This document shows positions 46,287 to 52,623 of a stretch of DNA of 64,000 nucleotides, piece after piece; the first letter of the stretch is position 1; each line of letters starts with the position of its first letter. The DNA comes from Patescibacteria group bacterium (lineage in GTDB: Bacteria > Patescibacteriota > Patescibacteriia > Patescibacteriales > UBA12465). The position numbers and the translations under genes are program-made. The stretch is from NCBI GenBank assembly GCA_041650775.1, contig JBAZKO010000002.1, forward strand, positions 27,930 to 91,929. The letters run 5' to 3'. The notes under the pieces were generated by a model. That model worked only from the letters and a program-made list of their open reading frames with translations, did not search any database and was not told where the DNA came from.

Positions 46287-48299
46287 CTAAACGCCGAGGC
46301 CCACTTCTCCTTCTTTGTATTTCATCCCCTGAACCGGTATGTTAAAATAAAAAGTTGTTCCCTTTCCTTCCTCTGATTCAAACCAGATTTTTCCGCCCCA
46401 TCTTTCCACCAGCATCCTAACCAAGTAAAGACCCAGACCGGATCCTTCCGGCACTAGTTTTAAGGCATTCTCGGCTCGATAAAATTCCTCAAAAATTCTT
46501 TTCTGATACTTTTTAGGAATACCAATCCCGGTATCTTTAACCGCATATTCGATAAATTCTCCTTTTTGAGAAATGGAAATCGAAATGGTCGCTTTGGCGG
46601 GAGAATAGCGGGAAGCGTTGGAAAGCAAATTCTGGATTACCTGCCAAATAACCTCCTGGTCCATCGGTATTACCGGGAAAGGATCGGGGTCGGTTTTAAT
46701 GACCACTTTCTGTTTCTTTTCTTCCAGGCTGACTCGGAGCATAGAGATGACTCCTTGCGTTGTATTTTTAAAATCAATCGGCACCGGTTCTATTTTCAGA
46801 CGCCCGGCTTCTACCCGAGCGATTTGCAACAACAGATTGACCAGATTAATCATTCGCTCCGTCCCCTGATAAATGCGTTCGACGAAATGTTTCTGGTCTT
46901 CGTTAATTTCGCCGGCGTCACCGTCAATAAGCATCTCCGAAAACCAGCGCATGGAAGTAAGGGGGGTGCGCAATTGATGGGAGGCGACGGAAATAAATCC
47001 CGTTCGGGCTTCATCCAGTTCTTTCTCTTCGCTGGCATCGCGGAACATTAACACTACTCCGGAAATTTTTTCGCCCAAAATCGGCGCCGCCATGATAATC
47101 GTCGAAAATCTTCGGCCGGACGACAACTGAAAATATAGATTGTCTTTCAGGCTGGAAAAAAATATCTTACCGGTTTGCAGAACCTTGGCGACCGGATGAT
47201 TGTCGAGAGTCATTCTTTCTAACCCGGAATAAAGCGGAATAACCTTGACGATATCGTGGCCGAGGACTTCGGCGGCCGTGATTTCCAAAATCTTCTCGGC
47301 GCTCTGATTGATTAAAGTGATCTTATTCTTTTTATCCACCACGATTATTCCCTCACCAATGGAAGAAACTATGGTTCTGATCCGATCACGTTCTTTTTTA
47401 AGAGATGTCTCTAAAATATTCGCATCCTCAAGCAGATTAACCATGGCCGTTTTTGTTTTTTCCAATTCCCGATTATTGGCCGAGATTTCTTCCACTTTCT
47501 TATCCAATTCCTTGCCGGAAAATTCCAACGCTTTAATCTTTTCTTTCAGATTATTGACCATCAAAGCAAAGGATTTCGATAAACTCCCGATTTCATCTTT
47601 TCTTTCCAGTAGAGCCCCGCTCACACTTATTTTCAAATCCCCCTCGCTGATGCGTCGGGCTGTTTCCGACAGTTCAATAATCGAGCCGGAAATCTTTTTT
47701 GTGAAAACAAAGGAAAAAACGACTAAAATAAGCGTTACCAAAAAAACTATGATTCCGACGATTAGAAAGAAGAAAGTCTGAATCTTTTTTATATCCTGAG
47801 TAACTTTCGCTATATTCTTGGTTTCGGCCAAAAGGAGATCGGTGGTATTTTGTTTGACGAATTCAAATTTTAAGATAGCGTCCTGAAAAGTTTCCGAAGT
47901 TCCGATTAATTCTCCCCCTTCTTCCCAATCCTTTTTGGTTTCTTCGATAACGGCAATAACCGCCGTTAAAGAATTCCTTACGCTCCGGTAAGCGACTTTA
48001 GACTCTTTGTCGACGGCGGTAGCCGTAAAACGACTATTGAGAGTATTTTCTATTTCTAAAATTTTCTTCAATCTCCCGGTATACTTACTATAATCGTTAG
48101 TTTTAATCCCGCCATAACCATCCTCCACTAAAAGCCAAACTTCGTCTTTAAGCGCCTGCTCATAGACGATATTCTCGTTGATTTGTTTATACCGGTTCGT
48201 CAGTCCCAAATTAACAACAATAATCAAGGCGATTAAAATTATCATCACCCCGATTACCGCTAAAAAGGCTGATATTGTTTTAGTCTTTATTGATTTCAT
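46287..48299 (-). CDS. sensor histidine kinase (helical ectodomain, HAMP, PAS, HisKA, HATPase_c)
   Basis: 670 aa. HAMP segment ISGSIIELSETARRISEGDL. PAS segment IRTIVSSIGEGIIVVDKKNKITLINQSAEKIL. H-box VASHQLRTPLTSMRW, N-box LLSNASRYS and G-box GSGLGLYLV. Confidence 0.9.
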   Translation of the reverse strand: MKSIKTKTISAFLAVIGVMIILIALIIVVNLGLTNRYKQINENIVYEQALKDEVWLLVEDGYGGIKTNDYSKYTGRLKKILEIENTLNSRFTATAVDKESKVAYRSVRNSLTAVIAVIEETKKDWEEGGELIGTSETFQDAILKFEFVKQNTTDLLLAETKNIAKVTQDIKKIQTFFFLIVGIIVFLVTLILVVFSFVFTKKISGSIIELSETARRISEGDLKISVSGALLERKDEIGSLSKSFALMVNNLKEKIKALEFSGKELDKKVEEISANNRELEKTKTAMVNLLEDANILETSLKKERDRIRTIVSSIGEGIIVVDKKNKITLINQSAEKILEITAAEVLGHDIVKVIPLYSGLERMTLDNHPVAKVLQTGKIFFSSLKDNLYFQLSSGRRFSTIIMAAPILGEKISGVVLMFRDASEEKELDEARTGFISVASHQLRTPLTSMRWFSEMLIDGDAGEINEDQKHFVERIYQGTERMINLVNLLLQIARVEAGRLKIEPVPIDFKNTTQGVISMLRVSLEEKKQKVVIKTDPDPFPVIPMDQEVIWQVIQNLLSNASRYSPAKATISISISQKGEFIEYAVKDTGIGIPKKYQKRIFEEFYRAENALKLVPEGSGLGLYLVRMLVERWGGKIWFESEEGKGTTFYFNIPVQGMKYKEGEVGLGV

Positions 48300-48333
48300 T
48301 TAGCAGACTCTTAATCTCTTAATTTTACGATTC

Positions 48334-49428
48334 TTATTTCTTAAGATCTTCTAGGGTGTAGAAACCGTCTTTAATAACGGTACTCTCTATGTTTTCTTTC
48401 GTTACCGGAACGGATTCTAACAATACCGAAGGAACATCGAATTTTCCATTATTTACGGTCTTGTCTGTAGGAATATTTTGACCCTTAGCTAAGCTGACGG
48501 CCAAATCCACTCCAGTGGAAGCTAGTTCGTAAATCGGCTTGTAGACAGTCACCGTTTGTGTTCCCTGGATAATCCTCTGTATCGCGGACAGTTCCGCGTC
48601 CTGCCCGGAAACCGGTATTTTCCCGGCTAAACCATATTCTTCCAAGGCTCTTATCGCCCCGAAAGCGGTACCGTCATTGGCGGCAACCACCGCGTCAACA
48701 GCTCCGTCGCTTTCCTCCAGATATCCTTTTAAATTCTTATAAGCGTTTTCCGGATTCCAGCCATCGGAGAATTTATCTAAAACTATTTCTATTTCGCCGC
48801 TATCTATTTTAGGTTGTAATAATTTAAATGATCCCGCCTTCAACAAAAACGCATTATTATCCGTGGCCGAGCCGCCGATATAAGCAACTTTGACTTTTTC
48901 TCCTCTGTTTATTTTATCTTCAACCGCCTGCAAAACATACTGGGCTTGATACTCGCCGACTTTTTCATTATCAAAAGACAGATAAAGGTCGACCGCGGCG
49001 TTTTTTATCAAACGATCGTAAGAAATCACTTTAATGCCGGCCTGATGAGCTTTCTCCACCACATCCGTCAAACTTTCCGCGTCATAAGCGACGATAACCA
49101 GGGCGTCCACGCCTTTGACAATCATGCTCTCTATCTGGGAAATTTGTTTTTCCGCGTTATTATTCGAAGACTGGAGATCTACTACCGCCCCTACCGCTTC
49201 GGCTCTTTTTAAAAATTCATCCCGGTCTCTCTGCCATCTTTCCTCCTGAAGCGTACCCAAAGAGAACCCGATTAAGATTTCTTTCTCCGGGCTTTTAGTA
49301 GTCGCCGGCGTTGATTCCGACCCTGACCGGTAAAAATAAAAGCTGATTATCCCGACTATCGCCAAAAGCGTGACGATAAGTCCCGTTAATAATTTTTTGT
49401 TCATATGTTTTTTAATTATTATTCCCAA
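48334..49428 (-). CDS. TM-anchored periplasmic-binding-protein (type I, XylF/sugar-binding-like), no cognate ABC permease or ATPase nearby
   Basis: 364 aa. ILIGFSLGTLQEERWQRDRDEFLKRAEAVGAVVDLQSSNNNAEKQISQIESMIVKGVDALVIVA resembles D-xylose/ribose-type SBPs. An N-terminal TM helix is present and there is no lipobox. Confidence 0.75.
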   Translation of the reverse strand: MGIIIKKHMNKKLLTGLIVTLLAIVGIISFYFYRSGSESTPATTKSPEKEILIGFSLGTLQEERWQRDRDEFLKRAEAVGAVVDLQSSNNNAEKQISQIESMIVKGVDALVIVAYDAESLTDVVEKAHQAGIKVISYDRLIKNAAVDLYLSFDNEKVGEYQAQYVLQAVEDKINRGEKVKVAYIGGSATDNNAFLLKAGSFKLLQPKIDSGEIEIVLDKFSDGWNPENAYKNLKGYLEESDGAVDAVVAANDGTAFGAIRALEEYGLAGKIPVSGQDAELSAIQRIIQGTQTVTVYKPIYELASTGVDLAVSLAKGQNIPTDKTVNNGKFDVPSVLLESVPVTKENIESTVIKDGFYTLEDLKK

Positions 49429-49444
49429 TTAAAATTCTTCACGA

Positions 49445-50530
49445 TTAACCATTCTTTTTGCCGAGGGTTTTTGTTTCTTTAGTTTCTTTTATTTCTTTCG
49501 TTTCTTCGGGTTTTTCTTTAAATTCATTTATTTCCCTTTTAAGTTCCGCTATTCTCAATTCCCGACCAACCATATATTTATTCATTCTTTCTAGCTCCAC
49601 CAATTTTTCTTCTAGGACTTTAGTTCTCTCCGCCACGGTTTGCTCCAGCCCAACTTTTAATTTTTCCAATTCCGTGGTTCTCTCTTTAACTTTCTTGCCC
49701 AGATTCTTCCTTTCCGTTTCCAGTTCGGCCGTTCTTTCCTTAACCTTCGTTTCCAATACCCCGTAAGTTTTTTTCAATTTATCGGCCATTTCGTTAAAAG
49801 ACGCCGCTAGCTGTCCCATCTCATCCTGAGATTCGATGTCGATTTTTGTCTCGAAATCTCCTTGGCGAATTTTTTCCGCGGCGCTCGTCAGAGCCTTAAT
49901 CGGTTTTATGAGCTTGGCGGTTATCGGCACAGCGATAATTATCACCAAAATAATCAGGGGAATAATTACCAGGACAATTTGAATATAAACCTCTTTTAGG
50001 CGATCAAAAAATGACTGATGCGATAAAAGATAGCGCATCGAAAAAATATGTCCCTCAGCCTGATAAATCGGAACGATGATTTCCGTCAATTCTTCTTCCT
50101 GATCACTGATATTCCTATAGACTGTTTTATCCTCCTTAATCATCTCCAGAGTTCTTTCATCTTCAATCATCCGATCATTACCCGTATATTTGCCGCTCGA
50201 AAATTCTTCGGAGTCAAATAAAATCCGGCCGTTTATCCCGATTAAGCTGATTTTAATAACATCCGGATTATTACTCAATACTTCCTGGACGGTATTTCTA
50301 AACTTACTAAAATCTTCCGGGCGGGGATGAGTATAATATTGGACATAATTATCGTAAATCGTTCTCGTCGAAAAATTGGCGAAAGTTTCGCCGTTTTTTA
50401 CTAAATCGTTTAATAGTTCCTTCCGTTCGGATAAAATAAAAACCAAAGAAAAAATAACAAAAGATACCACCATAGCCAAAATCACAAAAAAACTAATTTT
50501 AAAAGTGAGGGATTTGGCTGACATACCCAT
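49445..50530 (-). CDS. membrane signalling protein: ectodomain (Cache/PDC-like?) + HAMP + coiled coil, no kinase or other output domain
   Basis: 361 aa with two TM helices. HAMP segment LIKPIKALTSAAEKIRQGDFETKIDIESQDEMGQLAASFNEMADKL. This is followed by repeated ERT.EL heptad segments (KERTAELE, KERTTELE, AERTKVLE) and MVGRELRIAELKREI. There is no H-box and no ATPase domain. Confidence 0.7.
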   Translation of the reverse strand: MGMSAKSLTFKISFFVILAMVVSFVIFSLVFILSERKELLNDLVKNGETFANFSTRTIYDNYVQYYTHPRPEDFSKFRNTVQEVLSNNPDVIKISLIGINGRILFDSEEFSSGKYTGNDRMIEDERTLEMIKEDKTVYRNISDQEEELTEIIVPIYQAEGHIFSMRYLLSHQSFFDRLKEVYIQIVLVIIPLIILVIIIAVPITAKLIKPIKALTSAAEKIRQGDFETKIDIESQDEMGQLAASFNEMADKLKKTYGVLETKVKERTAELETERKNLGKKVKERTTELEKLKVGLEQTVAERTKVLEEKLVELERMNKYMVGRELRIAELKREINEFKEKPEETKEIKETKETKTLGKKNG

Positions 50531-50539
50531 AATGATAAA

Positions 50540-51910
50540 TTAATTACTAAGCAAAATTTCGTCGACTTTATCCGCCGCGGATTTCAAAGCGGCGGCGGCG
50601 GTCTTTTTTCCTCCCCAAGCGGATTGAATTTCTTCCATCAAGGCCGCTTTGATGTTATTACTCTCAGCGACATTAGGTTCGGCAATGGCGTATTTCATCT
50701 GGTCAACATAAACTTTGGTAAAAAAATCTCCCAGGATTTCTTTATGGCTTTCAAAATCTATCCGGCGCGAAGGAATAGCACCGATAGTGTTCGTTAATAA
50801 ATCGCCGTAACGGGTAGTGTTGGTTTCCGGCTGGACATCCGTCGTAAACCATTTTAAGAATTCCCAAGCTTCCGCTTTATGCTGACTCTTATTCATCACC
50901 CCCATGAACCAGCTATAACTAAGGGTCGCCTGATCCTTAAGCGGCGGGAAAGGCGCGACGCCGACACTGGACTCGAATTTATCGCCGAAAGCGATCTGGA
51001 AGGTAGATTTAGTCCAAGGCGGAGCGATAACCATCCCCACTTTGCCGTCTTTAAAATCAAAAAAATTACCGTTAATATCCGTAGCTCCGTTCTTAAATAA
51101 CGCCAACTCCGCCTCCAGCGCCGCCACTCCTTCTGAGCTGTTGAATAAACTCTTTTTTAAATCGGCCGACAAATATTTCCCGCCGTTGCTGAGTAGGAGA
51201 GAAAGAAAAGGGTCAACTACTTGCCAGTCTTCGCCCAAAAAAGCAATGCCGTATTGTGTGATATTTCCTTTGGCATCTTTTTTCGCCAATTTAACCGCCG
51301 CGTCTGTCAATTCCGCCCAAGTCTTGGGATAGAGGATGTTACCGCTGGCATCGACCAAACCGGCTTTTTTAAATAAATCCTTATTATATAGAAGGGCATA
51401 ATCATTTATTTCCGTGGGAATACCCCATATTTCGCCGTTAATCGTTACGCCCGCCAGAGAAACATAATTCTTAATGATATCGTCCTTGATTTCCGTCGGC
51501 GGATTATCCAGAATTCCGTTCCGGACGTAAGAAACTCCCCAGGGCGAATAAATCTGATAAATATCGGGAGATAAATCAGCATCACTTAAAACCTTTAAGG
51601 TATCGGCGTATTCGGTATATGGGATGACTTTAATATCAAATTCTATCTCCGGATGCAAGACGCTATATTCATTTAAGTACTGTCTCAATCCTTTAGACCT
51701 CAACGTTCCATCAGGATTATAGATACCGTTCCTTTGTTCTAAATTCGACCAATGAACTGCGTACGTTAGTTTTATTTTTTTGGAAGAAGTGGCCGGCGAC
51801 GGCGAACTTTTCGTTATTTCTGGTTCGACGGGACGACTATAGATAAAATACGCCCCAACCGCTACCGCTACTAAAAGGATAATGATTGCCCCGATTAGAG
51901 TTTTTCTCAT
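50540..51910 (-). CDS. TM-anchored extracellular solute-binding protein family 1 (MalE/sugar-type), orphan
   Basis: 456 aa. It has the overall family-1 SBP pattern (KLTYAVHWS..., PDIYQIYSPWG, YALLYNKDLFKKAG, GIAFLGEDWQ) and an N-terminal TM anchor. No permease or ATPase genes are in the window. Confidence 0.75.
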   Translation of the reverse strand: MRKTLIGAIIILLVAVAVGAYFIYSRPVEPEITKSSPSPATSSKKIKLTYAVHWSNLEQRNGIYNPDGTLRSKGLRQYLNEYSVLHPEIEFDIKVIPYTEYADTLKVLSDADLSPDIYQIYSPWGVSYVRNGILDNPPTEIKDDIIKNYVSLAGVTINGEIWGIPTEINDYALLYNKDLFKKAGLVDASGNILYPKTWAELTDAAVKLAKKDAKGNITQYGIAFLGEDWQVVDPFLSLLLSNGGKYLSADLKKSLFNSSEGVAALEAELALFKNGATDINGNFFDFKDGKVGMVIAPPWTKSTFQIAFGDKFESSVGVAPFPPLKDQATLSYSWFMGVMNKSQHKAEAWEFLKWFTTDVQPETNTTRYGDLLTNTIGAIPSRRIDFESHKEILGDFFTKVYVDQMKYAIAEPNVAESNNIKAALMEEIQSAWGGKKTAAAALKSAADKVDEILLSN

Positions 51911-51979
51911 ATTTTTGTTAATTAATCTCCGTATCTTTTATTTTAACTCCGACATTTTAATTCCGATTTGGATATTTTT

Positions 51980-51989
51980 ATTATAGCAT
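51980..51989 (-). promoter_or_regulatory. extended -10 promoter (TGcTATAAT) for the 7-gene sensory operon
   Basis: The minus strand reads aTGcTATAAT (51989-51980), about 70 nt upstream of the ATG at 51910. Confidence 0.45.
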
Positions 51990-52038
51990 ATTCCAAAGAA
52001 TATAGGTAAATTAGGAACAAACCAGAGCGGGAACAGTC

Positions 52039-52067
52039 TTGACAGTCGCCAACAGCAGGTCTAATAT
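52039..52067 (+). promoter_or_regulatory. candidate sigma70 promoter (TTGACA-17 nt-TAATAT) for the non-coding unit
   Basis: TTGACA at 52039-52044 and TAATAT at 52062-52067. Caveat: GACAGTCGCC (52041-52050) also matches the 5' part of E. coli RNase P RNA as I remember it. This element could therefore be RNA-internal rather than a promoter. Confidence 0.4.
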
Positions 52068-52073
52068 AAAAAT

Positions 52074-52562
52074 ACAAAAATAGAAAGTCATGGAATTTAG
52101 TCCTTTTTATCTTTATCCGGCCTTCTTTGTAACTTCCATATTGTCCATAGCGATGTCAGCTTGCCGTTGTGATGTTCCCGCCGCCGTTGAGGTGCAGTTG
52201 TTTAACGGAGAATTATCTTTCGTAAGAGATATTAGCGACACTTTACTACCACCAGTTGATTGGCTATGCCCGGAGGTGCAAAGGAAAAAAGGCCAAATTA
52301 GGCATAATGCGCAGGGAAAAGGCTTAAGTATCAAGCCGGCTTGTTATGCCGATAACCAAACAATTTTTTCCCAGCCGATAAAGTTAACCGGCGAGAAATT
52401 CGCTAGCTTTATTAGCACGTCATCTTCCTTAAAGTTACTATATTATATATAGTAGCCGCTCTAAATATCTTGAGGCGATTATCAAGATTACTCGAAAAAT
52501 AAAACAACTTTTAAGAAGTTGAAAACAAGCACCCCCATAAACAACTCCGGGGGTGTTTTTTC
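52074..52562 (+). ncRNA. candidate large structured ncRNA; core resembles bacterial RNase P RNA (rnpB) but is atypical; 5' boundary uncertain
   Basis: Eight collinear blocks match my memory of E. coli M1 / the type-A consensus:
- GAAAGTC at 52083
- TCCATAG at 52144
- GTGCA at 52192
- AACGGAGAA at 52204
- GTAAGAG at 52222
- TTACTACCACC at 52243
- CCCGGAG..CAA..GGCCAAATTAGG at 52269-52302
- CCGGCTT at 52336

The TCCATAG-to-GTGCA spacing is 41 nt here against 42 nt in E. coli. Four further hairpins lie at 52391-52403, 52434-52456, 52467-52488 and 52505-52521, followed by a terminator. I could not trace P1-P4 closure by hand. Confidence 0.4.
52530..52562 (+). terminator. rho-independent terminator upstream of polA
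   Basis: caccccc (52530-52536) pairs with gggggtg (52549-52555) and is followed by tttttt (52556-52561). Confidence 0.7.
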
Positions 52563-52623
52563 ATATCTTTCTGATCGTTTTTTCCGACTGGCTCGGCGAG
52601 CTAAAAAATGCTAAAATTCAATC

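Noticed and set aside
52090-52452. 120-aa ORF (MEFSPFYLYPAFFVTSILSIAMSACRCD...) in the polA-upstream gap. Its N-terminus looks vaguely like a signal/lipoprotein peptide (AMSA-C).
   Set aside because: It is not called as a CDS. The region carries collinear RNase P RNA-like blocks and many hairpins. The n-region is acidic rather than basic. The only purine-rich element is 2 nt from the ATG. I keep it as an explicit alternative in the ncRNA finding, since I cannot exclude it without comparative data.
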